Of a DNA stretch of 64,000 nt, positions 24,495 through 38,300 are shown one piece after another. The notes under the pieces are model-generated. The model did no database searches, was not told the DNA's origin, and saw only the letters and a list, made by a program, of their open reading frames with translations. The number at the start of each line of letters is the position of its first letter. The first letter of the stretch is position 1. Origin of the DNA: Lytechinus pictus (taxonomy: Eukaryota); assembly GCF_037042905.1 (NCBI RefSeq), contig NC_087257.1, forward strand, positions 21,762,001 to 21,826,000, read 5' to 3'. The translations under genes and the position numbers were made by a program.

Positions 24495-27400
24495 CTATGT
24501 ACCTCGGACCTTGATCTGCTTCATGTTGGGGTTCATACGTTTACGCATGTCCTTCTTGTATTGCTTATCCTGTTAACGGGGATAGAGGAAGAAAGAGGGG
24601 AAGAAAAAAAATAACAAGGAGTTAGGGTTAGGGATTGCTGTGAGAAACGTATTAACAAATTTCAATTACAAATTTGCACTTAATAATAGATCAATTTCAT
24701 GTACGACAAATGGATTTATACTGTACTTTGTGTTGCAAACATGACAACAATCACTTGCAACTTCAAGTGCAACTGTTGAATTATTTAGGGATCTGAAGTT
24801 GATTTGCATTTTTACTGAAACACCCCTAAGACATTACATCACAGGGAGGACAAAGTCAGGTTATATGTTGCATGATAAAAGAAGATGTAACTTAATGAAA
24901 AGGGTTGATTACTCACAAACACTTGCATACTAGAAGTGTGAATGTGGGGAAGAGGGGTGAGGTTTGAGTCCCATCTCTATACCCCTCTCGCTTTTATTTC
25001 TCAAATGTATTCAATTATTATTTTACAATATACAAATAGCGAATAGGCATGAGTGCGATGGTGCGAGATTTTGCATGAGGTGAAAGAAAGATGCTCTATT
25101 CAACGAGGCGTTAGCCAAATTGAATAGAGTGTCTCTTTCTTTCACCGAATGCGAAATCTCGCACCATTGCACGAATAAGAATATTCGCTATTTGTGTTGT
25201 ACAACGCCTCAGAATTTAGCGAAAATATATTTAAAAAAAAACATGAGTTTTTAGCTGCAGTAATCTATGAATAGGGAGCAAAAAAAATGAAAGCGAAAAG
25301 CAAAATTCCACAAGCGCACATGACCTTGGGCCGCATTGCGCATTTTGCCAGCAGGTTTATACGCGTATTGCATCTTCATTTTTACTGAGCGCAATGAATT
25401 AGATCGTATTGTGACGTCACCTCCTAAAGCCGTACAAAGGTATATTTTGGACGGTATGTATTGTGTGCAACGATACAAATGTTTGACATTCAGCCTCCCA
25501 TTTGCTCGCATACAACAAGCTAAGTAGGCGTTGTACAACATTAAAAATCTAATTGAATTTGTTTGTATATCTGAGACCCCTTTACACACAACATAGTGCT
25601 TGATCATTGGGATGATTTTTACAATTTCAATTTGTGCAATCAAGTGTACACATCAACTTTATTATCAATCTCAAACCTTTGTGTTTATAAAGACACCTGT
25701 TGGCTTTTATGTTCTACACAGTATGCCAAATATACATATAGAAATCCCTATGAGGTGTACAGTATATATCCCACTAATATAAAAACATTTAAAATGCTGA
25801 CTGACCTCAAGGCGGCGGGCCTTGTCAGGATCATCCTCGTTGAGAAGACGTTCCTTCTCGGCGCGACGTTTGTCTTCACGACGCTGCTGGGCAAGCTCCT
25901 GCCTCTGGGCGTGGGCAAGCTTGACGTAAGATTCGGAAACTTTGGCACGGATCCTCTCGGCTTTCATCTTGCCCTGGATCAGTATCAATGAATATTATAA
26001 AACATTATCAATGTTAGCTCCCTGGTTTCAGCTTGGATACTTCTTTATCCAAAGGATGCTTCAAATAGATGACTTAAAATCACACCGAGGCACAATGTGC
26101 CCATATCAATAAACATGTAATTTTATTGATGGATTCCAACTTGCATGCCTTCCCTGTGCCAAAGAATACTAGTGGGATCCAAACACATGACCTCCTGATT
26201 AAAAAGCAAGAGTCAGAACTGTTACGACATAAAGCCTAACTCTCCAGTCAATGGAGTATTATGATGGTTTGAAATTACTGATTCTTTTAAAAAATTTATA
26301 AATAGAATGTACGTATAGATAATTCAAGTCTTGACCTAGTACAATGTTCGAGAGGGACCGGCAGAGTTTTACAAAGCAGTTTGTACAGTTATGCACAGCC
26401 ACATAAACAACTGGAATATGAAGTGCAAAAGTGTGCACTAAAAATATTTGATTTGATTTGATTTGATTTGATTTTTATTCACCAACGATAACAACATATT
26501 TACAGATGTTTACATATTACATTATTATGTCATGCATATAAATATTACAGAAATGAAACATACATGTATATGTTAAGAGCTGATAATATTTCATGACATC
26601 TTAACGTTTGACTATGAATGATTTCATGCAAACTAAACAAATTATGCAGTTTCAATATTCTATCAACATCTGCATATTTCAAATCCAGCTAAAGCAAAAA
26701 TAGAAATAATCAAAGATCTCTTACACGATGCTTAGAATCTGAACAAATTTTCACAAATTGATTGCATCGACACACTTTACAATCAATAATAAAATAAATT
26801 GTTAAGCATCATGTTCCAGGACCCAGGAAACCCTTTGTGGCTTGCCATATTTCTGTCATTCGCAAAATCCTTTGCAATTCTGAGGACAGCTTTGTGAAAC
26901 AGACCCCAAGGAATGTACTGACCTCCTTAGAAAGACGGAACCTCTTGATCTTATCAACAAGGTAGATAACCATCTTCATCATAGGTAGCATGTCTTCGAT
27001 GTCGCTCTTAGCGCTTCGTCCATTACCGGGGACTGGTGATGAAAGAACGAAATATACAAATATGTTTACATGTTGCTTGTACCTTTTTCATTTTTGTTTG
27101 TTTTGGTTTTCGAAAGGAGAGAACTAATTAATACCGCCCAATTGATCAATATTAATAACTTCCTTTATGTTTAAAGAGGATTGCCACCAAATCACAATAC
27201 ATAACAATAATGATTTCATAATTTCAATGAGGGATAAAACATGTTTTTAGATTATCATTATAGGAGTTGAAACATTTTTATATAAATAAAAAACATAAGA
27301 AAAGGTGAATGTGTTAGGTCATCACTCTCTCATTTGCATAGTACCGCCCATAATGCATTTATTAATATTTTTAGAATTTAAGCAGAAATCAAAAGTATCA

Positions 27401-30400
27401 TTAAAGTTAGCATTTAAACTTTATTTTACGTCTGGTTTGGAAGACATTTACAGTGTTCTGCTCCCAGACTATTAAAAAAAACGTTGTCTTGGAGTGGGGC
27501 TGGCCGTTACAAATTAATGACACTCATGATGGTGTAGCCTTTTAAAATAAACATACATGTATATCTCACCTTTGAAGTTACAAATGAGCACCTTTTCAGT
27601 GGGAGGCATTGTAGTTGGCTGTTCATCCCTGCAGTGAATATATATAAAATGTACAATCAATTATAATTACTGATCATGAACAATACCATTATCATTGTGT
27701 ATTCTTCTTCTACTACTAATGCTACTGCTGCTACTACTTCTACCGCTACTACTAGTAGCAGTAATATTTACAAGTAGCAGTAGTAGTTTCATCATTATCA
27801 CTATTATCATCATTATCATCAGTGATATCGATATTATACAGTCATCAACAACATCTCCCTCATTATCATCATTATTATAAACCAAAGGAACAGTAATCTA
27901 CTTACTCAGCCGCAGGTTTTGGGCCAGAAAATTGGTCCGAGATATGCATATAATCAAACATTTCTGGATGGCTGTTCAAACAGTTCAGAACCTGTAACAA
28001 AGATTTAAAACCATGAAAGAATGAAATACAGACAAGTTTCAATAATGGTATAGAGATATTAATTAAGGACCTCAAAAATAATTTGTTCACGGTTCTTCTT
28101 GATAATTATTCTATAGCAAAATTTGCAAATCGCGAACAGTTTGTTGGAGCACACTGTGGCTTCAACATTTTTCTTCAATATAATGATTCAAATAGGGCTC
28201 ATTTGATCAGCTTCAATTCTTTAGATTTGGAATTGGTCATGTTTATTTCGGTTTTTAATTTATTTATTCATTTACTACATTTTTCTCTTTTTTGGAGGGG
28301 GCTGCATTGTTTCTTTTATTGCTCATGCATGAAAAAACAAGGAAATAAAAGACATAAAGAAAGTCTACAGAAGCTGGAATTTCCCATTTTCCTTTGAAAA
28401 AAAAAACAGCAACGTTTTACATTTCCATTTTTGCTAATTAACAGATTTAACTGAATATCTTTCATCAATTTTTCTTTTAGCATAAAATGAAAAATTTGGT
28501 GTTGATCAATGAAAAAAAAGACTTGTTGCCGGGACAGTGTCAAAGGAAATGTATTTTTATGTGATTTTTATTTTTTACATTTTTTTTTAATTTTACAAAC
28601 TTAGAATAGGGTATTCGTGCTATGTAACACAATCTTAAATTGTATGTCCAACATCAAGATCTTTAGCAGCACCAATAATAAACTTGAAATCACCCATCAC
28701 ATCCAGATTTTTTTTCTTCTGATAGATTTTGCAAGATTTTCAAGACCACATCAACAATCCATGCATTTCATAATGCAGGCCATTATTGTGAGGTCCTTCA
28801 TATGCACTAATCCTGAGAGACTGTTCAACCAAAGTGTACTCGACACCTTGCATTTATCACGTTTCTCTTTAAAAGTGATTATTAACAATGCCATTTTGAT
28901 TCAGGGACCTTATTGTTTGCTATAATGTTTCTTAAATGTTCTTTATTCTTTCCTGCACCTGGAATTCATCTTGAGGTTAATTACTTCTTAAATTTCTCAA
29001 AACCCACTCGTGGCACATGCTATATTATCTATGTCCAGGGAAAAGTGGTCGACTCAATAGCCTCTCTCTCGCTGGTGGCACATGTGTTAAGAAAGCGACA
29101 AATTATCGGGCAAAACCACAAAATGTTGTGAATTTATCTAAAATTAAGGGGGGCGTTTCATCAACATTTTTGTCCGAGAAGGCAGATCCGTCGACTTTCC
29201 ATGCTTTTAATTGGCTGAGCACTGTCACTTTATTCACTGTCACTTTGTTCACTGTCAGATAAAATGGGACTTGTCTGATAAAATGTCCGACAAGTCCTTT
29301 CGTGTAACACTCTCCAAGCTTCTGACTTACCTTAGTGTCCAGAACCCCATTGACAACCTCTCCTAATTCAGCTAGTACTACTGTGCTTGCAGGTAACCCA
29401 AATTTATCACCACTCCTCTTATCGCCACAATACTGACCCTGAATAGCAGAAGAAAGGTATTAAACATAATAATGCTAATAATAATAATATGCAACATTTA
29501 TATTGTGGCATTTCAAGGAATAAATTCCTGCCAGGTACCCATTTATCTCACCTCGGTTGAGTGCAGCATAATGTGGATGAATTTCTTGCTGAAGGAAATT
29601 ATGCCATGGCTGGGATTCGAACCCACGACCCTCTGTTTCAAAGTCAGAAGACTAATCCACTGGGCCACAATGCTCCATAGGTAGCAGTAGAAGTAGCTGT
29701 ATGTATTCTTTAAGTTGGCATTTGCATAGTTGTGATTGATGTCTCCTGCCTCTGCGACCTGTCTATACTGTGTCAAATCCCATTGACTTGGTACACAGAA
29801 AGTTGCTGAGCTATGCCGCACCACGTCTATACTCTGTACAAGCCTTTACAAAGAATCTTACCACCAGCAAATAAATATGCAGGGGCTAAGGCTGATTTAG
29901 TCTCTGAAACACAAAAACGTCCCACTCCCCCTAAATTACCACTGCATTCAATATAAAAGGTGACTTGGGGTAAACAGGGCCCCAGTACATAAAACCTTCT
30001 ATTATGGTAGCTTTGTACCCCAACGGTAACTACCATGGTTACAATGTTCATCCAATCCTATCAAAGATTTCATGGAAGTTACCCTTTGATGTCAAAGTTA
30101 CCATGTAAGGGAGCCTTGGTGAAACAAGCATTACCCCTATACAGAATCTGATAGTCCCCCCTCCCCCCTGCTTACCAGATCCTGCATCTCCTTCAGCATG
30201 CGGTTGGCGATCTTCTTGTTCCCAAAGAACAGGACAAAGCTATCCATAGCATCAGAATCCAAGGTCACCGTCACTTTCTGTGTAATGCAAGTGTAATCAG
30301 AGTAATACATTTAGGGTGTATTCAATGTTGATTTTTAAATTTAAACAACATGAATCATGACTGAAAACTCAATTACAAAAGACGGAGCACAAACACAATG

Positions 30401-33400
30401 ATTGATGCACAGTTCAGTGTTGAAAATATAAAGCTGATTACTTTTCAATCATCTTAAAATTTCCCGCTTTCGTTAACCGCAGCTTTAGTGCGCAGTGTGA
30501 CCCATCACAAGAAAGGTCAATTCTGGCACCCGTTTCTGTAGGCTTCCACTGTGAGAGCAAATTTAAAGACATGTCAAAACTCAATTGTGTTAAATGTCGC
30601 ATTCGCGATGACGAAAGTCGTAAAATCTAGGCTGATCGCGTTTACAAACGCATTTTTTTCAACGTTTAAATTCTTTCTCCAAATCATGATTTCAAAGATG
30701 TTTACTTTTGCGGCCGGGAATGGAGGACATTGAACACATCCTTTGTGTCTCATTATATCCACGTTTTGTAATCACATTTTCAATCATGATTCATGTTGCC
30801 ATTTAAAATTCGAAACCGACATTGAACACACCCTAAGAAAGCAATTCAAAGTTACAATCTATATCATTCATCACAGATGGTTCCCCACAGTCAGTCCAAT
30901 TATTTTACTCCTATCATAATTTTTTTCCTGAAGAGAATGGTCACTATTCTGAAATCTAGCTTGAAAATAGAGCATTAGCTTCCCCATAGTGATTATCTTG
31001 TTTCTTTATAAAGGCATTTGTTTTCTGCATTTATCTTTGTCGTTGTCCCTATTTATAATTGTCATTCTATTTGTCGTCATGCTCTATTTTTCCCAGTATT
31101 CCCAGAACATTGGTTGGTTGGGCAGAGGGACCATCTGGGTCCCGTAACACAAAGGTTAGCGATTGATTGTATGCTTGATTTTTACGATTGATTGTACATT
31201 GAAGTCAATGGAATCAATCGTAGAAAAAATGTTCTACGATCATTGCTAAGTTTTGTGTTACGGGCCCCAGGTTACAGTGATTATTAAAGTTTCCTCTCCT
31301 CTTTCCCGGCTTCCAACTGATGCACTGGGCAAAGTGCTACAAAATATTGCATTTTTAGGATATTCTATGTAATTTTATATTGTTGTTGTAAATTGAATGT
31401 GTTTGATGTGCTGAAATGAATAATCACACTTTACAAGGGCACTGCACAAAATGAACAATATGTTTACACATGCTAGCTTCAATAATCTATTCGAAGCACA
31501 TGTCAGTAATTAAGTGATTGGTTCAATCACAGAGAGGCTATAGCCCCTCTCACCAATTGGTTTCAGAATCCAAAGTGACACAATGAAAGACCAATGAAAA
31601 TGAGGTGGGATTAAACAAACTTTCCATTTTATCACACATGTCCTTCACAGGAATGCTTTTAGCAACTGACTTGATCACAAAAAAGCTACAGTAAGTTGAA
31701 ATCAAAATTTTAAATGACTGGAATAATCTAACACCCACACACAGATTCCACGGGGATATCCAGGCAAGTGGTGGATAATCTGAACATGGCACACATGGAA
31801 AACACCGTGTTCATATTATCTCATCTCAAATTTTTGCCCACGCCCAGATTGTGCTTGTTTAAAGGGCACTATTCTTGTTTGCAAACCAGGTATTCCGGAA
31901 AGCGAAGAGAATGGTGTATTCCAATAGGAAGCTGGAAGCAAGAGGATGTCAGAGTGCGTCTTGCTATCAAACAATCCCTTGAAACAAATGACAGGTAATA
32001 ATACTCACTATTTCATCTGCCGCTGGATGCATGGTACGTGATATTGCACTCAGGAGATCTTGTCTCTTTAAAAACTGACAAAGATAAAGGGAAAAACAAA
32101 TTGAAATTTTGTCATTTGTATCTTCAGGCTATAACCACTCTCCCTTATTCTAGTAATTAAAAGGTGGTTTACGAGCCATGGGTCTCACTTGATTTTGCGA
32201 CCAATAAAACATACATGATGACATTTGTCCCTTGTTTAAACACAATTGATGCAGAAATAAGGAAAAGGCTTATAATTAAACTTTTTGACCCCTCGGTGAC
32301 CTTTAACCTCACCATTGTTATAATATAAGTCACAATTGTGGTATTATCCAAGGATGATTTGTACGTGTGCACACAATTGACTCAGAAATAAAGAAATGGG
32401 AGCAAGTTAAACAAGCACTTGCAACATTTTCGTAACAAGAAAAATGACGCACATGGCCTCCCAATATTTGATCTTTTGACCCCTAGATCACCATCATTTC
32501 CTCAAATTTCAAGGGTAAATGTTTATTCCTTATACTCATCAACATAATGGAGCATCACTGGCAACAAATAAAGAAAAGTATGCCTTGGGGGTAAAGCAAA
32601 AACTAATAATAAGTTCATAATTCAGCTTTACTTGCATGTATGGAAGAGGAAAATCCTGCCTGGGTGTGTCCTAGTTCTGACTTACCTTTAGTTCGACAAG
32701 CATTCCTTCACAGAACACTCTCCCTGAACACCAGAGACAGTATCTGTTCTCGCTTTGCTTTAACAGGTTCACCGATGTAGGCATCTCCTTTGAGCCATCA
32801 TCACCTTAAAAAACAGAACATTGATGTTTTATTAGTGTCAGGGGTCTGTACTTGAAAGGGACTAGAAAATCTTAGTTATGTGTGCACCAAAATATACTGT
32901 CCTCAAAGTCCAATCTATCCATCCCTCAATCTATCTATCTATCTACCCACCCATCCTTCCATCTATCCTCCCATCCATCCATCCATCCTCCCTCCATCTA
33001 TCCTCCCTCCATCTATCCACCCATCCATTCATCTGCCCACTCATTCATTCTTACCCACAAGAGCAAAGTTGGCTTCCAGGAGTTCCTTGTGGCAGTTGAG
33101 CCAAGCTGTGGCAAGTCTTTGGTTCTTTGACTTGCCATTCATGTAGTTTAGAAGGTAAGCTGCTACACCAGCCAACATCAACAGCTCCAAGTAGTAGCTG
33201 TCCCAGCTGTTTCGCAGATGAAGGGGGACCTGTGAGGAATGAAAACATACAGATAATATTAAAAGTCAAATTCACTCTGAGGCAAACATATATGCAAATT
33301 TTAAACTGCTTGATAAAATGAACAAATGCTAATCAAGCATATTCTGTTGCAAGAAACAATCTACATTAATTTATGATTTCGAGTAACGATATTAGGAGCT

Positions 33401-34855
33401 AAAATAAAGTTAACTTGCACATATTTCCTATAATGCGCAAAAAGACAATGAGCAACCAAAACATTAAAAACACCTAAAAAACTCTGCCCAAGTCTCTCTG
33501 ACAAAAACGGTCCAATGAAAATGAAGTTCAAAAGTTCAAAGTTGGCCTCTCCAGAATATTACTGTACCTTGGTGATTTCAAGATCAGGAGACTCTTTCCC
33601 TTTTCCCTTGGCAGGTCGCTCCTCAAAGTTCTCAAATTCTTCTGTATCCTGGAAGTGGTCAAATTCATCTTCATCCTAACAAGAGAAAAGAGAAACAAAT
33701 TCTTGATATACATTACCTGCACAAAAGATTCTATGACACTGAGTAGTTAAAAGGCCAAGTAACAGAAACAATCATTTACCTGGCAGTATAGCTGTTTTAC
33801 ACATATATATATATATATTCACAGGTTTGCACATAAACATACATGTACGCACATCAACATGCATGAGAACGTCTACAGAAAATTATGTTGACTTTACATA
33901 TATATTACCAAGATTATTTTCAATCAAGTGTAGTTATTCATTAGATGGAAACCAGGGGCCTGAAACACATACCTTAGAGATTAATTCTACAGATTATTAG
34001 TATGCTTGATTCAAGGTAATCAAGGAAATGCATTAGCCATATGATCAACGCTAAGTTATGTGTTCAATTTAATAATTTAATCAGCCAACAGGCAGATAAT
34101 TCAATATGTTCACAATGAAACAATATATAAAGGTCTTGGAGTTAAGCTCAGAAGTTAGTGAACACCACCACAAAATGCACTCCTTCATACTGAGTGCTGA
34201 ATGTTAACAGCATTACAATTTTTGACAAGCCCAGATTAACAAACTTTATTGAATGTAATTCACCGAACTTGCCCGGTAGAGACACCTAGCTGACCGGCGA
34301 ATCCAAAAGATTGCATGATCTTTGATGTCAATGATGGAACAATGCAATATTCCATCAATGACATTAGGGAATAGTAAACTTTCTTCAGTGGGCATTTTGT
34401 CTCAACAGCGAAGCTAGAATATATTTGATCATGTGATGCTATTTGAACCAATCACTATACAGGATTTAATTTATGTAGGATATAAATTATCATATTAATG
34501 GAGATGAAGGATTGTTAATTCTTTTGCATTAGATCTGGGACTTGTAAAATAAAAGTTAAGATATAAAAAAAATTCTTACTTCCAGCATATCCTCATCATC
34601 ATCACCAAATTCATCTCTATCGATGACATCCTCCCCATCTTCAGTCATCATATCATCAAACTCCCTGTCATCCTCCTCTTCCTCTTCAGTCTCCACGGCG
34701 ATGAAGTCTTCATCCTCATCTTCATCCAAGTCTTCAAACTCTGCAAATTCATTGTCTTCAATCTCAGCCTTGTGGGGTGCCCCCTTGGACTGGACCAGGG
34801 CCGGGAGACTTATTCCAAGAATAAGTAAAACCAGGAGAAATTTTAAGAGATGCAT
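24495..34855 (-). CDS. CCDC47: PAT complex subunit CCDC47 (calumin), 483 aa; coding exons 34580-34855, 33568-33675, 33055-33229, 32686-32804, 32009-32074, 30176-30277, 29331-29438, 27906-27991, 27570-27628, 26923-27032, 25806-25973, 24495-24569
   Basis: Signal peptide; acidic lumenal region ([10 protein letters not shown]); [19 protein letters not shown] transmembrane segment; [33 protein letters not shown]; C-terminal coiled coil ([37 protein letters not shown]). All 11 junctions GT-AG and in phase; 1452 nt. Confidence 0.97.
25024..25541. mobile_element. Foldback element with a central GAGGCG..GCC hairpin (Crypton-like non-autonomous type, tentative)
   Basis: Hairpin 25024-25201, plus a second IR pair TGTTGTACAACGCCT (25195) / AGGCGTTGTACAACA (25527). 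Confidence 0.55.
27700..27880. repeat. Compound trinucleotide microsatellite (CTA/CTG/TAG/CAT)
   Basis: Direct inspection. Confidence 0.85.
29148..29315. mobile_element. Short MITE family (related copies at 1-40 and ~47810-47940)
   Basis: Shared CGTTTCAT..CAT..TCCGAC/TGTCGGA..ATGAAACG terminal motifs. Confidence 0.55.
29468..29676 (-). mobile_element. tRNA-derived SINE (A/B boxes, conserved core, (ATT)n tail)
   Basis: Head GGAGCATTGTGGCCCAGTGG (A box)...GGTTCGAATCCC (B box); core CTGCACTCAACCGAGGTGAGATAAATGGGTACC; tail ATTATTATT. Confidence 0.88.
30314..30833. mobile_element. Harbinger-like MITE
   Basis: ~50-bp imperfect TIRs GGGTGTATTCAATGT...CAACATGAATCATGA / TCATGATTCATGTTG...ACATTGAACACACCC; TTA/TAA flanks. 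Confidence 0.75.
31135..31270. mobile_element. Short palindromic MITE
   Basis: GGTCCCGTAACACAAA / TTTTGTGTTACGGGCCC with CTG/CAG flanks. Confidence 0.75.
32914..33049. repeat. (CCAT/CTAT)n tetranucleotide repeat abutting a CCDC47 donor site
   Basis: Direct inspection. Confidence 0.9.
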
Positions 34856-36298
34856 TTTCCCCTTTCTCTTCTCACGAGTAGCCGAACTAATTATTGCTCA
34901 ATTGACAGCCCTGTAGAAAAAAGAGATATAAGTACATAAATCATGGATCTAATATTGGTACAAAATATGAATAAAATGAAAATATTGCAACTATTCATGT
35001 GCCCTTAATTTGACATTTTTCACACAAAAGAAATTTAGGAAATCATATTCTGGGATTTTAATTAAGGTTCTTTTTCTTCTTCACGTAACAGTACAGGCGA
35101 CTGTCTGGTGTATTATCTATGGTTACGGAAAAGGTTAGATGCAGGATCCTCTGTTCACTGATCTAGCTGAAGAGTTACTAGCTAGACAATTGAAACCACG
35201 CTGTGTTGGCGTTCTGATCGTCCAGCTGAGATATCAGGCCATTGACATTTCGTAACTCCTTTCCACGACAAAAGCCAAGCCAAGATTCGTGTTTCCATTG
35301 TCAAAAGGGTAACACGAATGTGATTGGCTGGCACGTCCGTACTCTCCCCGGTATTACAAACATGATGGCGAACGATCGAAGAAGAGCCTGATCCTGAATG
35401 TTAGTCATAAATATTTGGTATTTTCCAGCTTATATTTCGGAAAGGTGGTAAGCTGATTATAGCCCATTTCCTCTATATTATTGCACCCCTTTTCATCCAT
35501 CAAAAGCAAGAATTACGCAGTAATCCTAGCGCACCCTTTCTTCAGGCATAGACGCTGTGGTTAAGCGTTGGTCCAACCTCCACCATTACGAGCCCAATAA
35601 CCATTATCAGTCTATTGACAGAGCAGAGGGGATACATGTATGTAGATCTACATATACATGTACCGTGGAGCCAGACAAAGTCTCAGCGGAGCATATCCCT
35701 GACAGAAATAGACCTAGGCCTTATTCGCTATAATCAGTCTATATCAGGAGTTGCGTTGTATTCTAAAACTAAAAGTAGATCTAACCTAAGCCTTAGCTGT
35801 CTTTTTGGGTGCAAATAATGTAGTCCCCTAAAACCCAAGATTACCCTTGTCTTGAAAAGCTTGTCATGTGTGCATAACCCCTTGGCCTTGTCTTGGGTTG
35901 TGTTGGTTGGTATAAAATTGTATTGTAGACATGCAGACATGCTTGGGGCAACACCGTGGCATGCACTGTCTCCAGTCTTCCCGAAAATTGGGAAATTCGA
36001 CTTTTTCCAGGAAAGGTTCGGGAAATGAAAAAATTCCAGGAAATTCCGGGGAATCCGAAAATTTTGTTCCAATTTTTCAAAGACATGTCATGAAGACATA
36101 TGAACATGAAAGATAAGAGCAGTTAATAGATCTAGGCCCTAAGTCTTTTTAACTTAATTTTACTTTTAGAGCCAGAGGGCGTGATTACGATTTATACATG
36201 AAAAAAAAAAATTAAAAATCAAATTCCTTGTCTTGATTTTGGTCACTTAACTTTAGTTCCAACATGTTAGACCAAATTTAGGCTATTGTAACTCATAT

Positions 36299-37798
36299 GA
36301 TGGTGGGCCCCAAGTCTGCGCACCTAACAATTTGAGTTAAGATTGAACATGAATTTCTTATTTCACGAAATCTTTCAGTTAATAATGTTCCTTATATAAG
36401 TGTACCAAATTTCTCATTAAAAAAATGAAAGGAAATATACCATTTTCTTGAAAAAACATCGGGCTGTCATTTTCAGATTGAAAAAAAAATGGTACCCAAT
36501 GTCTGCGCACCCATTCACTTTGCACAAGATTCAGGGATTTTGATGAGAAAGGCTGCATTTTGAGGCCGTCACACGAAATGTCCTAAATTCATTATTTTTC
36601 CATCATTTTGAGTTGGATTTTTTAATGAATACCTGTGTAAAGTTTGTGCTCGTTGTAGTGCTGTTGTCGGGAACAAAAATCCATGTCAACATGTCGCTTA
36701 AAAATTAATCCCGACATCGACAATGTCGACATGAAAAAGGGACCGTAATTTAGCCTAGGCTCCCTAACATAAAAAAAAATCATTCGATCGTGGAACATAA
36801 CACTCTCAATCAAATGTATTCACCTTGACACGAGTGATATCCCATGCACACTAGATCTAGATCTATGATACAGGCTCAGTTCGGGAAAACATGTTTTCAC
36901 TAAGCTAGAGTGAATTCACTTTTTCTGGAGAATCAAGTTTTTGTACCACGATCCGGTGACCGGTCTCGAAGGCATTGCGCAATAACACTCGGAGCCAATT
37001 TGAGAATCATCAATTACAACAGTGATCATTGCGTATTTTACGCTGGTACACATGTGCTGCAAATGCAAACTCCTCAAATTGACAATAAAAAATAATGAAA
37101 TTGACCGATAATTTTAGTATCACTTCCGCGGCGATCCGTGCAACGATCTCCAAACAAAGGAAGGGAAGTTTACTGTGACTTCGTGATATGAAGTAAGCGC
37201 TCAATTGCGGCGGTCACAACTTTGAAAAAAACACGTGTTCGCTGCTGCTCACGTTTATGTGAAAAGTAATGCATTGAGGAGCAACGTATTATCGAGCACA
37301 GTGAATAGTGATGGGTACATATTTCCGTGGATGGGTAAGGTGAATGCTATTACGCTACGCTCGCTATAGCGCTAGATATAGATCTAGAGCGATCGTCGGG
37401 ATCGACGAGGGCGGCTCGATCGGGCAGGCCGGCCGGCCCCGCACTGACGCATTTCTGCAGCCGCGCAGCTCGCAGGTATTCTTTTTTCATTTAATGCGCT
37501 GCTAAGCTGAATAAACCTTTTAATCGCGCCAATTACTGTGGATAAATGCTTCTAACTTTTCAGCTAAGCTTTACACTCGTGACTTTAGGCTAGACCCCTT
37601 TATGTTTACATGTCGATGTGGGTGCGTGCATGTCGACATGTCGGAAACATTGAAAATCCTTCGTATGTCGACATCAATGTCGATATGAGGCCTATCGACA
37701 ACAGCACTAGCTCGTTGCGTATCTTCTTTTACTAGAATCGCGCACATACTCGTGTGCGCAGACAAGGGGGACTGCGCAGACTTGGGGGAACTTGCCAT
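36299..37798. mobile_element. Non-autonomous TIR element hosting a nested hAT element
   Basis: CCCCAAGTCTGCGCA / TGCGCAGACTTGGGG inverted ends with repeated GTCTGCGCAC submotif. Confidence 0.65.
36656..37709. mobile_element. hAT-type non-autonomous element
   Basis: TIR TAGTGCTGTTGTCG / CGACAACAGCACTA; perfect 8-bp TSD GCTCGTTG (36648-55, 37710-17); subterminal TGTCGACA repeats. Confidence 0.9.
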
Positions 37799-38300
37799 AC
37801 TTATTGCTAGACCAAAAGCTTCGGTCTCTGTTATGTTGGTTGTTCCGCTGAACTCCGTTGGCTCCACTCACCAAAATACAGAGACCGAAGTTCTAGCTGG
37901 ATCTGTACAGGGGACTCGATGGCCCTATGTTCATGTATTAAGTTCGGTTAAAACAGGGAAGTGAAGTTGCGCGACAGCCGAAGTACATTGTAAGTCACTG
38001 TTTTTTCACCTTTTTAAGTTTATTATTCCGCGTTTTGCCTTTTGGTGCATTTCAGGCCAAAACAGAATAATAATCTTTATTTTGGTAGGCCTACACTACA
38101 GCCCCGGCTACATTTCTTTTTATATATTTTTATGAAACAACAAAAATCGATGAGCCCCGTCGGGTGGATTTTGCATTGTTAACCCCCTAAATTGCCCTAA
38201 TGGTGGCTGCACGATAGCGAGCCGTCTGTGTACAAGGAGAAATTAAAAAATAAAAATAAAAAATGTTTAAAAAATAACTCTTCGAAACAGACGGCTGCCA
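37795..38300 (+). repeat. ~500-bp dispersed repeat, copy 2
   Basis: Closely similar to 19480-19980. Confidence 0.85.

Noticed and set aside
29605-29676. tRNA gene (anticodon loop CTTTGAA)
   Set aside because: Acceptor stem is poor, and it continues into a SINE core and (ATT)n tail shared with 53725-53935.
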